A stretch of 64,000 bases of DNA from a virus (IMGVR_UViG_3300031884_000008); one strand, 5' to 3'; positions 1 through 10,023 are shown, numbered from the stretch's first letter. Numbers and translations are program-made. The notes: generated from the letters alone by a model not told the origin.

Positions 1-616
1 AAAGTCCCCTAAATAATTATCCTGTTGAATTGGAGCGTTAAGAATATCAGCAAATTCTTCAGAGTTCACTAGAGGCTCGCACTTAATTCGCCAAAGATGC
101 GGGAACCATGTTTGCGAAAACCCTTCACTTGCATAGTTAGCATCTGTTATTTGCATGAAACGTTTCAGTGCAGTAGGGATAGCTTCGTTGAGAGGATTAT
201 AGTCCAGCAAGTGCGGCAACTCCAACACATCTCCTACCATCAGTTTACGACCGATTATGTCAATCATATCGTTATAGTGAACTGTGATAAAAATGATGTC
301 GTTATTCAGAAAAAGTCCAAATTGACTTAGATCAAAATCCAGATTCTGCACATTATAGTGCCCTCGCAGGCGATATATGTTTGAGTCGTATTTTCTATCT
401 CTGTTTTCCAAAAACAGTAGATCCTGAATTTGAGTCGGATCAGGATCTACATACTGCGGCTGCGTGTAATCTATAGAAGGTCCTTGATTCGTGACTCCTG
501 CATATTTATGGATATACAGGTCTGTTCCGCCGACCGTTAACATTTCTGAAATCGTGCGGTCTAAGAACCTATAATCGTTCTGCTTATTCGGGCGGTATAA
601 ACTAAGTCGTGGCATA
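1..616 (-). CDS. hypothetical protein, 5'-proximal part only (gene runs off window start); N-term MPRLSLYRPNKQNDYRFLDRTISEMLTVGG
   Basis: Uninterrupted minus-strand reading frame from ATG (complement of 614-616) to position 1; plus-strand ORF 97..330 lies inside it and is likely spurious. Confidence 0.4.
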
Positions 617-705
617 TCTTTATTTATCGTCGGGTCTACGATAAAAATGTTGACAAGTCTACAGTACCCTGCTAAGTTGAACATTCACTCAATAGGAAAT
701 ACGAT

Positions 706-961
706 GAACAAGAATCAAGAGTACGTAAAGCAAATTGACGGTCAAATCATGAGCTTGCAAATTAATAAACCTGAAGGCTGGGAAGGAACTGTTTCTTATC
801 TCCAAATGGCTCTGACCGACGTAATGGGACGATTAAGTGCAGAAGAACTTGCAGAAGTTCGTGCCTCTCAAACTCAGGTCATGAGTGCCGAAGAAGCTAA
901 GGTCCGACGGGCCGAAGAAGCCAAGGAAATGGCTAACAATCGAGATAAACCGAGTATCTAA
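706..961 (+). CDS. hypothetical protein
   Basis: ORF track 647..961; likely start at MNKNQEYV. Confidence 0.3.
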
Positions 962-990
962 CATAGGCTAGAAAGCCTAAAAGAGCAGAC

Positions 991-1362
991 ATGCTACCTC
1001 CGATATCTGATGAACAAATGATGTGGTATATCCTTAAGGGGTATACTATTAACGTGGACGTATTCGGAAATCGGGAGTGGTGTCTAAACGGGCAGTGGCA
1101 CCGAGAAGGCGGCCCGGCGGTTGAAGATGCGAACGGAACTCGGTATTGGTATCTTAACGGGCAACTTCACCGAGAAGACGGCCCGGCGGTTGAAGATGCG
1201 AACGGAACTCGGTATTGGTATCTTAACGGGCAACTTCACCGAGAAGACGGCCCGGCGGTTGAAGATGCGGATGGAACTCGGTATTGGTATCTAAACGACC
1301 AAAGCATGACCGAAGAAAAACACCGAGAACTCACACAAAAGAAAATGGCTAATATCGGTTGA
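991..1362 (+). CDS. MORN-variant repeat protein (WYLNGQLHREDGPAVEDANGTRY x3)
   Basis: Three tandem ~23-aa repeats matching the MORN_2 pattern (W-Y-x-N-G-x-L-H-R-x-D-G-P-A); two paralogs at 58241 and 58506 share the N-terminus LPPISDEQMMW. Confidence 0.55.
   Translation: MLPPISDEQMMWYILKGYTINVDVFGNREWCLNGQWHREGGPAVEDANGTRYWYLNGQLHREDGPAVEDANGTRYWYLNGQLHREDGPAVEDADGTRYWYLNDQSMTEEKHRELTQKKMANIG
1123..1260 (+). repeat. exact 69-bp tandem direct repeat x2 (plus degenerate flanking copies) inside the MORN-repeat gene
   Basis: gaagatgcgaacggaactcggtattggtatcttaacgggcaacttcaccgagaagacggcccggcggtt occurs twice back to back. Confidence 0.9.
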
Positions 1363-1412
1363 CTCCTACTTCAACTGATATATAATCAAACAATCGACAA
1401 CGGAGATATCCA

Positions 1413-2660
1413 ATGGCTCGCGCTAAAACGACTACTGTTCGTAGGACTAAGAAGACAGTCAAAGCTGCCCCTCGTGTAAAGCGCGGAGCTAAGGTTGTTG
1501 GTCCTAGCTTTGATGGTTGGGAATCCTGGTCCGGTGAAGTTTATCACCTCAATCGACTTAAGGCCCGTGACTTCTTCTACGAAAATTACAAGTTGGTTGA
1601 CCTTCTTCCCGATGTTTGGGCTTGGATGAAGGATAATAAGTATAACGTTAATGATATTCGTGCTGCAAAGACTCAAAGTATCGGTTTTGGTGTCGCTATT
1701 AACTGCAAGCTTCTTCGGCAAGGAATGCCGGACTACAACAAGACCCATGCAGAATACTGGGAAGCTTTGCCTGGTACCGGTGACAAGCTGTATCCAGTTA
1801 CAGAACACACTCGTCGTATGATTGATGAAGCTGTGAAGAAGGGTAAGCAGATCGTAGATGCTGAAAAGAAAGCAGAACAAGAATCTGCTGCCAAGCCCGC
1901 TCGTCAAAACGTTCAAGAAATCATGCGTGAGCGTGCTAGCGAAGCTGCTGCTGAGATTGAAGGTATGTATGATTCCTTCATCGCTGCTGGCTGCCCCAAA
2001 GAGTTTAGTATGGACAAGGTAGTCCAAAAAGAATTGGACGAACGCAAAGTTCTTCCGCAACATATTCCGACGCTGATTAAGCCTTGGGAACGTCTTCGTG
2101 CCGAATACGTCGATCTGCAGGATGGTAGGGACAAGCAACTTGTCGAAGGCTACGCTCGCTTCTCTAAGATGCAAGTTCGCAACATCGTCAAGATGATTGA
2201 TCAAATCATCAATGATCTGAATGCGTATATCGCTATTAAGAAAGCCACTAAAGCTACTGGTGTTCGGACCCGCAAGCCTGTTCCGATTGAAAAGATCGTT
2301 GCGAAGCTTAAGTATCTCAAAACCTTGAAGGATGAGGCCACAAAGGTTGATCTGACCAGTCTGCATCCTTCTAAGCTTCATGGGTGCACCGAAGCCTGGG
2401 TGTACGACACTGCAAAGCGAAAGCTGCATCACTATGTGGCCGATAACTACAGTCAGGTGCTGTCTGTGAAGGGCAACACTCTGCTCGGGTTTGACATAAA
2501 GGACAGTGAAGTTAAGACTGTTCGCAAGCCGGCTGAGCAACTCAAAGCTGTGATGGGCAGTCGTCCAGCTGCACGCAAGTTCTTCAAGGACATCAAGGCT
2601 GTCGCTACGTGCCCGAATGGTCGCTTCAACGACAAGATGATTATTTTGAAAGTTTATTAA
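1413..2660 (+). CDS. hypothetical protein with highly basic Lys/Arg-rich N-terminus
   Basis: 415-aa ORF with RBS-like GGAG upstream; overlapping minus ORF 1386..2540 judged spurious. Confidence 0.5.
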   Translation: MARAKTTTVRRTKKTVKAAPRVKRGAKVVGPSFDGWESWSGEVYHLNRLKARDFFYENYKLVDLLPDVWAWMKDNKYNVNDIRAAKTQSIGFGVAINCKLLRQGMPDYNKTHAEYWEALPGTGDKLYPVTEHTRRMIDEAVKKGKQIVDAEKKAEQESAAKPARQNVQEIMRERASEAAAEIEGMYDSFIAAGCPKEFSMDKVVQKELDERKVLPQHIPTLIKPWERLRAEYVDLQDGRDKQLVEGYARFSKMQVRNIVKMIDQIINDLNAYIAIKKATKATGVRTRKPVPIEKIVAKLKYLKTLKDEATKVDLTSLHPSKLHGCTEAWVYDTAKRKLHHYVADNYSQVLSVKGNTLLGFDIKDSEVKTVRKPAEQLKAVMGSRPAARKFFKDIKAVATCPNGRFNDKMIILKVY

Positions 2661-2669
2661 GGAAAAAAG

Positions 2670-3119
2670 ATGAAAAATATTGACCTAAACAAGTACAAGG
2701 ACTTTGTACAAGCTGTAACTAGCAAAGAAAGCAATGATCTGCAGGAGTTTCAGCGGCGTCTAGCCCAACTGGATCAAAACTTCGAAGACTATGGCCCTAA
2801 TGGTGAAATGCAGAATGGCCCAAACATTAACGTCCCGCTTCTAATCACTTCGGGACTAGGTCTGGGCAGTGAAGCAGGTGAATTCCAAGAAATCCTAAAG
2901 AAGCTTCTCTTTCAAGGAAAGCCTCTTACCGAAGAAAACGTATTCCACATGAAGCGTGAGCTAGGGGACGTTATCTGGTATTGGGTAAATGCGTGTCGCG
3001 CTCTTGGTCTTGACCCAAATGATGTTATCGTAGAGAACGTCAACAAGCTAGAATCTCGCTATCCAGGCGGAGAATTTGATCCGTTCTATAGCGAAAATCG
3101 TCAAGTCGGTGATCTGTAA
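2670..3119 (+). CDS. mazG: MazG-like nucleoside triphosphate pyrophosphohydrolase
   Basis: ELGDVIWYW...LGLDPNDVIVENVNKLESRYPGG matches the MazG NTP-PPase core. Confidence 0.7.
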   Translation: MKNIDLNKYKDFVQAVTSKESNDLQEFQRRLAQLDQNFEDYGPNGEMQNGPNINVPLLITSGLGLGSEAGEFQEILKKLLFQGKPLTEENVFHMKRELGDVIWYWVNACRALGLDPNDVIVENVNKLESRYPGGEFDPFYSENRQVGDL

Positions 3120-3135
3120 CACAGAAAGCAGTGCA

Positions 3136-3381
3136 ATGGTTGAAGATGATCATCTGAACCTACGAGCCATCGTAGTAGCTAAACGAATGAAATGGTTTGA
3201 GGAAAACATCTATGACATTCGTAGGAGCGAATTTGCTAAGGATCTATCAAAGTATAAGGTTTTGTTTGATCTACAATCAGGCTACTTTACTCTGAATGAA
3301 AAGTTGATTAACGAACTTGAATCCATTGCTACTGTTTTAGAAGAAAAATATAAGCCAGAAGACGCTTTTATGTTTGAATAG
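3136..3381 (+). CDS. hypothetical protein
   Basis: ORF 3076..3381; probable start at MVEDDHL. Confidence 0.3.
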   Translation: MVEDDHLNLRAIVVAKRMKWFEENIYDIRRSEFAKDLSKYKVLFDLQSGYFTLNEKLINELESIATVLEEKYKPEDAFMFE

Positions 3382-3429
3382 GAGCTGCGGTATGCGTTTC
3401 CTGATAAATACTATCAACAGGAAACGCAC

Positions 3430-4215
3430 ATGACCGCAAGCATTCTATCAACACCGACAAACTACAATCTTGAAGAAATCAAAGAAGCGTTCTTTGAAAA
3501 TATCAGACTGCGTTTAGGCGGAGATATAATCGACCTAGAAATTGATCCGCAGCACTATGAGGCTGCGTACAACTATACGATCAAAACTTATCGTCAACGT
3601 GCGCAAAACGCGACCCAAGAGTCATATACTCTGATGACGGTAATCAAAAACGTAGACACGTATACACTACCCAGTGACTTTATCAACGTGCGCTGTTTGT
3701 ATCGTAGAACAGTGGGTTTAGAAACAGGGCCATCGTCATCTTCGTTCGATCCATTCTCAAGCGCAATTCTCAATACGTATTTGTTGAATTACAACTATAC
3801 GGGCGGCATGGCGACGTATGACTTCTATGCAGGATACGTTGAGCTAGCAGCACGTATGTTCGGTGGATACTTGACATACACATTTGATCCGGTAACAAAG
3901 GTCCTACGTATTACTCGTGATTTTAAAGGTACGGGTGAACGCATTCTTATTTGGGCTGACATACAACGCCCAGAAGCTGTTCTTTTACAAGATCCGGGCG
4001 CCGGCGTTTGGATCGGAGACTTCATGCTTGCGGTGCTTAAAGGTATCATGGGTGAAGCTCGTGAAAAGTTTAGCACCGTTGTGGGTCCAGGTGGAGGAAC
4101 TACCCTAAACGGTACTGCTATGAAAGCAGAGTCAAAGGCTGATATGGAACGACTGCTAACTGAACTCAAGAAGTATGTGGATTATTCACAACCCCTGACA
4201 TGGATTCAAGGTTAA
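3430..4215 (+). CDS. T4 gp13-like neck protein
   Basis: N-terminal NYNLEEIKEAFFENIRLRLGGDIIDLEIDPQHYEAAYNYTIKTY follows the gp13 pattern (NP-N--EL---I--RLG-PII-VEL---Q------A---Y); ATAAATA box 20 nt upstream. Confidence 0.5.
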   Translation: MTASILSTPTNYNLEEIKEAFFENIRLRLGGDIIDLEIDPQHYEAAYNYTIKTYRQRAQNATQESYTLMTVIKNVDTYTLPSDFINVRCLYRRTVGLETGPSSSSFDPFSSAILNTYLLNYNYTGGMATYDFYAGYVELAARMFGGYLTYTFDPVTKVLRITRDFKGTGERILIWADIQRPEAVLLQDPGAGVWIGDFMLAVLKGIMGEAREKFSTVVGPGGGTTLNGTAMKAESKADMERLLTELKKYVDYSQPLTWIQG

Positions 4216-4216
4216 C

Positions 4217-4564
4217 ATGAGAATTGCTGAAATATTTTCTCCAAGTGAACCATACCGTGCTCCTCACCATGGTCGGGAACTTGAGTTGATGCTTGCTGGT
4301 ACAAAGCCGGCTGCATTGATTGACGCCTCTCCCGGATTCAAGGAAAAAGCGGATAAGTTAATACAGCAAGGTCGTATCAAACTTATTGCAAAAGACCAAA
4401 ACGGAGATTATGTTATCACTTTGCCCGGTGAAGAATGGCGAGGGGAAGAGATATTAAAACTTATATCTTCTTCAGATAGAGGCAGGGAGTATGACATCAA
4501 ATTGGGTAAATTATTGGGATACTCCGACGAAGCTATTCAGTGGTGGATAGATCAAACCGATTGA
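4217..4564 (+). CDS. hypothetical protein
   Basis: 115-aa ORF translationally coupled to the previous gene. Confidence 0.35.
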   Translation: MRIAEIFSPSEPYRAPHHGRELELMLAGTKPAALIDASPGFKEKADKLIQQGRIKLIAKDQNGDYVITLPGEEWRGEEILKLISSSDRGREYDIKLGKLLGYSDEAIQWWIDQTD

Positions 4565-4595
4565 CATTCTATAGCTACTGTGCTATTATAATTAA

Positions 4596-5231
4596 ATGAT
4601 CATAGGAATTACAGGCAAGATCGGATCCGGCAAGGATACCGCAGCAGACTATCTGTGCACCGTTCATGGATTCAAACGCATGAGCTTTGCTGGAACTCTT
4701 AAAGATGCTGTATCAGCAGTCTTCAACTGGGATAGAGAACTCCTTGAAGGCTCTACCAAAACAAGCAGAGAATGGAGAGAGACTGTTGACCAATGGTGGG
4801 CTGACAGACTAGGTATTCCAAATCTAACTCCTCGTTGGATTCTTCAGCAATGGGGGACAGATGTTTGTAGGAAAAGCTTTCACAATGACATCTGGGTAGC
4901 TTCAGTCGAGAATCGGCTCCTAGTTACAAAGGATGATATCGTCATCACTGACTGCAGGTTCCCAAATGAGATTAATGCTATCCAGTCAGCAGGCGGAATC
5001 ACTATGAGAACTAATCGCGGCGGCACCTACATATGGGAACAGTTCGCTGCTAAGTTCAACAACTCGACGGATGAAGAAGAACGCAATCATCTTAAGCTCA
5101 TCCTAGAGAAGGAATATGAAGTTCATGCTAGCGAATACAGTAGCGTTGGTCTAGAATATGATTGCCAGATAGATAATAATGGCACGATTGACAGTCTGCA
5201 TCAGCAGATTGAATCAATAATCAACGGTTAG
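4596..5231 (+). CDS. deoxynucleoside monophosphate kinase (T4 gp1-like)
   Basis: GKIGSGKDTAADYL P-loop; FAGTLKDAVSAVFNW, RWILQQWGTD and ITDCRFPNEINAIQSAGG align with T4 gp1 motifs. Confidence 0.7.
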   Translation: MIIGITGKIGSGKDTAADYLCTVHGFKRMSFAGTLKDAVSAVFNWDRELLEGSTKTSREWRETVDQWWADRLGIPNLTPRWILQQWGTDVCRKSFHNDIWVASVENRLLVTKDDIVITDCRFPNEINAIQSAGGITMRTNRGGTYIWEQFAAKFNNSTDEEERNHLKLILEKEYEVHASEYSSVGLEYDCQIDNNGTIDSLHQQIESIING

Positions 5232-5730
5232 GGTTAGACTTACAGTTATCAAAATGCCATCTAGCTAATATTAACTTTGTTCCTTCTTTACCGCAGTGCG
5301 GACAGGTTGTCTTTACAACGCATTGATGAGTACCTTCGTCCGTGCGTTGTTTTGCTGATCTTCGTTGTATGTCTCCGGATAATAGATGGTGTTTTCCACT
5401 AGCTACTAATTCCCTTTGTAGCTTTCCTCCGACTAGGGCACTTTTTCCGTCTGCTATTTGTCTTCTCACCATGCTTCGTTGAAACTCACTATCTAAAAAG
5501 AGGTGTGTTCCGTTCTCTAGTCTTTTCTTATTGTGAAGGCTTGACAATTCGGATATTTTGCTAGGGGACACACTCATTCTTTGGGCTATTCTAATACACG
5601 CACCCCAGTCTCCTTGGGAATAATGTATGTCGTAGTGATCTTGTATAGAGACGGCAATCAGATTGTTAGGATCGTTGTTTTTTCTATTCCCATCTAAGAT
5701 GGTGTATTTCATAGGTTCTCCCATCCTCAT
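5221..5730 (-). CDS. homing-endonuclease-like protein (degenerate HNH_3 motif, NUMOD-like repeats, C-terminal CPHC...WHFDNCK zinc finger)
   Basis: ILDGNRKNNDPNNLIAVSIQDH resembles I-HmuI-type HNH but lacks the first His; the C-terminal Zn module is shared with the GIY-YIG genes at 16957 and 54135. Confidence 0.45.
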   Translation of the reverse strand: MRMGEPMKYTILDGNRKNNDPNNLIAVSIQDHYDIHYSQGDWGACIRIAQRMSVSPSKISELSSLHNKKRLENGTHLFLDSEFQRSMVRRQIADGKSALVGGKLQRELVASGKHHLLSGDIQRRSAKQRTDEGTHQCVVKTTCPHCGKEGTKLILARWHFDNCKSNPNR

Positions 5731-5848
5731 CTACGGGGATGGGACCATTGTGGTCTTCGTATATTTTGCGGTAGTTGGTTTTTCTATAAATAGACATTGC
5801 TGATACTCCTTGACAGTATTAGAGTAGTTGGGGATTGCCGTCCCGCGA

Positions 5849-5856
5849 ACTACATC
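5849..5856 (-). promoter_or_regulatory. exact T4-type late promoter box TATAAATA (minus strand), followed on the transcript by a hairpin
   Basis: Reverse complement of tatttata at 5849-5856; hairpin GTAGTT...AACTAC at 5822-5845. Confidence 0.45.
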
Positions 5857-5857
5857 T

Positions 5858-6256
5858 TTATTTATACCAATCTACTGTCAAATCTCCGCGTTTCCAAGTG
5901 ACTTCTTTGCGCTTCACTACTTCAACGCAATTCAAACATATCGTCCTTAAATTATTGAACGATACATTAGTTAAGTCCCCGTCAATGTGGAACACCGTTG
6001 TTTGGCTGGGATAAACTACTTTAAATCCGCATAGGTCGCAAGTGGATTTTTTCTTGTATCCAGCCTTCTCCCAAGTATGAACCTGTGCCTTCTTTTTAGG
6101 CTTGTTCTTTCCACACCCATCACAAATACTACGGTAATGCGTCACTCCGTTCTTCTTGTAGTTGACGGCACAGTAGTTCTTATTACAGGTCTTACAGATG
6201 GGTCTTTTCAGCATACTAATACTTATCAAAAAACCTTCGAAGGTGCGTCTAACCAA
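5858..6256 (-). CDS. Cys-rich zinc-finger / HNH-like small protein
   Basis: Multiple CxxC pairs; HIDGDLTNVSFNNLRTICLNC resembles an HNH core. Confidence 0.4.
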   Translation of the reverse strand: MVRRTFEGFLISISMLKRPICKTCNKNYCAVNYKKNGVTHYRSICDGCGKNKPKKKAQVHTWEKAGYKKKSTCDLCGFKVVYPSQTTVFHIDGDLTNVSFNNLRTICLNCVEVVKRKEVTWKRGDLTVDWYK

Positions 6257-6355
6257 GGATTTTTTAATCCTACGCTAAATAAGTGTTAGAAACCTAGTGT
6301 TACTAGCATTAGGGGACAGGTGGTAAACCTCATAATTATACAAAGGAAAAATAAT

Positions 6356-9300
6356 ATGACACTAGTTTCTCCAGGTGTAGAAGTAACGATCATTGATCAA
6401 TCTCAATATCTTCCGGCCCCGCTCGGTACAATTCCTTTTGTTTTGCTCGCGACCGCAGCAAACAAAGCTGATCCTACTTCTACTTCTGTAGCAGTCGGAA
6501 CCACAGCAGCAAACGCAAACACGCTATTTCAAATCACTAGTCAACGTGATCTTGTAACTCTATATGGTAATCCATTCTTCTATACGACTTCGAATGGTAC
6601 TCCTATTCAAGGATACGAACTCAATGAATATGGTTTGCTAGCTGCATATTCTGCACTAGGTGTATCTAACTTAATTTACTGCCTAAGAGCAGATATCGAC
6701 CTCGCAAGTCTAGTAGGACAGACTGGTCGTCCTACTGGAAATCCAGCTGACGGAACTTATTGGTTAGATACTACTAACACCACTTGGGGCATTTACGAAT
6801 TTAATTCTACTACTGGGCAATTTGAAATTCAATCTCCGATTGAAATTAGCGATATTACGCTAGTATCTGCTGGATATCCAATTCAAAGCTTGGGTTCAGT
6901 GGGTGATTACGCGGTGATCGCAATTCCTAATTACACATATCCTTCTGCAAACAATGCTAAACAATTCTTCTATAAGAACTCATTTAATCAATGGGTGGCA
7001 ATCGGAACGTCTGCTTGGTTCGCTTCGGTTCCTACGGTTCAAGGTAGCAATTCACTACCAACGTTGAATTCAGGTGATTCTATCAGCATTGCGATGGGTG
7101 GCCCTGCAAACGGAGCGAATGGTCCCGTTTATACTATTACTGGACAGACTACTGTTTTTGGTCTAGCATCAGCTATTAATGCTTTACAGCGTCCGTATTT
7201 GTCAGCAAGTGTTGTAGGCGGAAATCTTCAACTTTTCTCTACACAAACTGGACAGGCTCCTAATAACAGCGTTCCGTTTTACATTAATATTTCAGGTACC
7301 GGCACAATGCTTACCTCCTTGGGCATTACCGCAGGTAATTATTTCCAACCGAATGTTGCCTATGGTACATCTGCACAGCAGCCATTATGGCAACAAGGTC
7401 AACTTTTCCCGAGCCCAACTGGATCAGTTTGGATCAAGATTGGATCTGCTGGCACTGGATTCAATCCAGTAATATCACAATGGGACAGCACACAGGCAGT
7501 TTGGTCTTCTAAAACTGTATCATTCGCTACTAGCGACGTTGCTGCGATCAATTCATTAGATTCAACTGGTGGAAAAAACATTCCAGCTGGAACGGTCTAT
7601 GCGCAATACAACTATGATGCTGATATCATCAATACTTCAGGCGTTCCTGGTTATCAAGCAGGTCCAATTTATTATTGGGAAAGACTTACATCTGGTCCAA
7701 CTGTAATTACTGGTTCTATGCAAGATCCTACATTTACTAATGGCCCATATACTAGTCATGTGTATGTTTCAATTCCAGGATCAAACGGATTGTCAGCACC
7801 TTATACGCTTAGTGTCGCAGATAACGCTACAGCGCTTGACTTTGTAACTGCTTGGACGACTGCTGCTATTCCATATACAACAGCTATGTTATTGGATACT
7901 GGAGAAATTCAATTGACTCACACTGAGGGTGGCGTGATCGTAGTAAATGACTTTGACACTAGTACATTCCAACCAAACGGTTTAATGAGTGACGCTGGAT
8001 TTGTTGTAAGTTATACTGAAGGAGTCAAAGTTGGTCCGTTTGTATCACCATTGATGACACCTACACCAACATATACTACTGGCGTAGGAACCGATTTGTC
8101 AATTAGCGTTACTAATAACTTCCAAAATTATCAAGTAAATCCTATTTCTTTTGCAAATCCAGGAACTGGTTATACTGTAGGAGACTTAGTAACATTCCCA
8201 GGTAGCCAATTAGGTGGTACTGGTACTGGTGGAATTACTCCATCAGGAAATGACTTGACTGTAAGAGTTGAAGAAACTTCAACAGGAGCAGTCACTAAAG
8301 TTTCTTACTATGCAGGCTCCGGCGCCGCAAACTACATGGTTGAATTGTCAAATTGGATACAATTTTACATGACTGCAAACGAAGGCGCACCAACTGCGGC
8401 TCCTGCTGATCTAACAAATTGGTTTTATAGTGTAGTAGATCAAGTAGATATTATGGTAAATACTACTACTGGATGGAAGGGCTATAGAAATGCATCATAC
8501 AGCAGTTCAGGTCTTCCTCTTCCATCAGGATCAAACATGACCGACCCTAACGGACCACTTATAAGTGCTTCAGAACCAATGCTGCAATCAAGCGGTCAGG
8601 CCCTTGCATATGGTGATATTTGGATCGACACTAGTGATCTAGAGAATTATCCTCTTATAAATCGTTGGGAAAGCGTAAATGGCGTAGATCAATGGGTAAG
8701 ATTAGATAATACTGATCAGACCAGTTCAACTGGTGTTCTGTTTGCAGATGCACGTTGGGCCACTACACAATACGTTAGCCCGGTTAATGATCCTATTCCA
8801 ACGATCAAGTCATTGTTGACTAGCAACTATCTTGATTTGGATGCACCAGATCCTACTTTATATCCAGTAGGTATGTTATTGTTCAATACTCGTCGTTCGG
8901 GATATAATGTAAAGCAATTCCGTTCTAACTACTTTAACAATAACAGATTCCCAGGAGCAAATATTCCCAATCAAACTGATGCCTGGGTAACAGAATCCGG
9001 GTTGCAAACAAACGGTGCTCCGTATATGGGCCGCAAGGCACAAAGAGCAATGGTTGTTAAGGCAATGCGTGAGGCAATCGACACAAATACTGCAATTCGT
9101 GACGAAGATAACGCATTCACCTTGATTGCAACTCCGAACTATCCTGAACTACAACCTAACATGGTTGTTCTCAATAACGATAGAGGAGACACTGGATTCA
9201 TCATCGGTGATACGCCGATGAGACTAGCAGATGATGCTACCTTAATTCAAGCATGGGCAACTAATGCTGCCAACGCAACGTCAACTGGTGAAGACGGTCT

Positions 9301-9982
9301 TGTAACTCGTGATACTTATTTGGGTCTGTTCTATCCATCAGGTATCACTTCTGACTTGAGCGGCAATCTTGTTGCAGTTCCTGCATCGCACATGATGATC
9401 AGAACATTCTTACGTAGTGATAGTGTTTCTTATCCATGGTTTGCTCCAGCAGGTACGCGTCGTGGTATCATAGACAACGCTACCAACATCGGATACGTTA
9501 GTGCAATGACGGGTGAATTTGTAGTAGTTAAGAATTCTAGAGTCGGAATTCGTGACGTTCTATATTCTAATCAAATCAACCCACTGGTATTCTTCACTGG
9601 AAATGGATTGCTAAACTACGGTAATAAAACTAGCTATGCATCAAATTCTGCACTTGATAGAGTTAACGTAGCAAGACTTATTGGATACATTCGTCGTCAA
9701 TTGACAGTGGCAGCAAGACCATTCGTATTCGAACCAAACGATAGTATCACTAGACAGCAAATCTCTGGTGTCATTCAAACCCTGTTTGTAGACCTAGTAG
9801 CAAAGCGCGGTGTATACGATTATTTGGTTGTATGTGATTTGTCAAACAACACACCAGCAAGAATCGACAGAAATGAACTTTGGGTAGACTGTGCGATTGA
9901 GCCGGTGAAAGCAGCAGAATTCATTTATATCCCAGTTCGCGTTCTTAATACTGGTGCATTGGGTAACAATGCTAGCTCATAA
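6356..9982 (+). CDS. tail sheath protein (T4 gp18-like) with large internal insertion
   Basis: N-terminus MTLVSPGVEVTIIDQS is near-identical in pattern to T4 gp18 MTLLSPGIELKETTVQS; followed directly by tube genes; ~1209 aa, about twice the T4 gp18 length. Confidence 0.7.
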   Translation: MTLVSPGVEVTIIDQSQYLPAPLGTIPFVLLATAANKADPTSTSVAVGTTAANANTLFQITSQRDLVTLYGNPFFYTTSNGTPIQGYELNEYGLLAAYSALGVSNLIYCLRADIDLASLVGQTGRPTGNPADGTYWLDTTNTTWGIYEFNSTTGQFEIQSPIEISDITLVSAGYPIQSLGSVGDYAVIAIPNYTYPSANNAKQFFYKNSFNQWVAIGTSAWFASVPTVQGSNSLPTLNSGDSISIAMGGPANGANGPVYTITGQTTVFGLASAINALQRPYLSASVVGGNLQLFSTQTGQAPNNSVPFYINISGTGTMLTSLGITAGNYFQPNVAYGTSAQQPLWQQGQLFPSPTGSVWIKIGSAGTGFNPVISQWDSTQAVWSSKTVSFATSDVAAINSLDSTGGKNIPAGTVYAQYNYDADIINTSGVPGYQAGPIYYWERLTSGPTVITGSMQDPTFTNGPYTSHVYVSIPGSNGLSAPYTLSVADNATALDFVTAWTTAAIPYTTAMLLDTGEIQLTHTEGGVIVVNDFDTSTFQPNGLMSDAGFVVSYTEGVKVGPFVSPLMTPTPTYTTGVGTDLSISVTNNFQNYQVNPISFANPGTGYTVGDLVTFPGSQLGGTGTGGITPSGNDLTVRVEETSTGAVTKVSYYAGSGAANYMVELSNWIQFYMTANEGAPTAAPADLTNWFYSVVDQVDIMVNTTTGWKGYRNASYSSSGLPLPSGSNMTDPNGPLISASEPMLQSSGQALAYGDIWIDTSDLENYPLINRWESVNGVDQWVRLDNTDQTSSTGVLFADARWATTQYVSPVNDPIPTIKSLLTSNYLDLDAPDPTLYPVGMLLFNTRRSGYNVKQFRSNYFNNNRFPGANIPNQTDAWVTESGLQTNGAPYMGRKAQRAMVVKAMREAIDTNTAIRDEDNAFTLIATPNYPELQPNMVVLNNDRGDTGFIIGDTPMRLADDATLIQAWATNAANATSTGEDGLVTRDTYLGLFYPSGITSDLSGNLVAVPASHMMIRTFLRSDSVSYPWFAPAGTRRGIIDNATNIGYVSAMTGEFVVVKNSRVGIRDVLYSNQINPLVFFTGNGLLNYGNKTSYASNSALDRVNVARLIGYIRRQLTVAARPFVFEPNDSITRQQISGVIQTLFVDLVAKRGVYDYLVVCDLSNNTPARIDRNELWVDCAIEPVKAAEFIYIPVRVLNTGALGNNASS

Positions 9983-9985
9983 TAT

Positions 9986-10016
9986 AGTTAAAGTGGGTGC
10001 TTTAGGGCACCCACTT
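9986..10016 (+). terminator. hairpin after sheath gene (AAGTGGGTGC-tttagg-GCACCCACTT)
   Basis: 10-bp perfect stem immediately after the stop; weak T tract. Confidence 0.45.
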
Positions 10017-10023
10017 TAAAAAG

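Noticed and set aside
97-330. 77-aa plus-strand ORF at window start
   Set aside because: It lies inside a long uninterrupted minus-strand gene (1-616) that has a proper ATG.
1386-2540. 384-aa minus-strand ORF
   Set aside because: It is fully overlapped by the 415-aa plus-strand ORF, which has an RBS and phage-like basic N-terminus. The minus frame is Leu/Ser-rich low-complexity.
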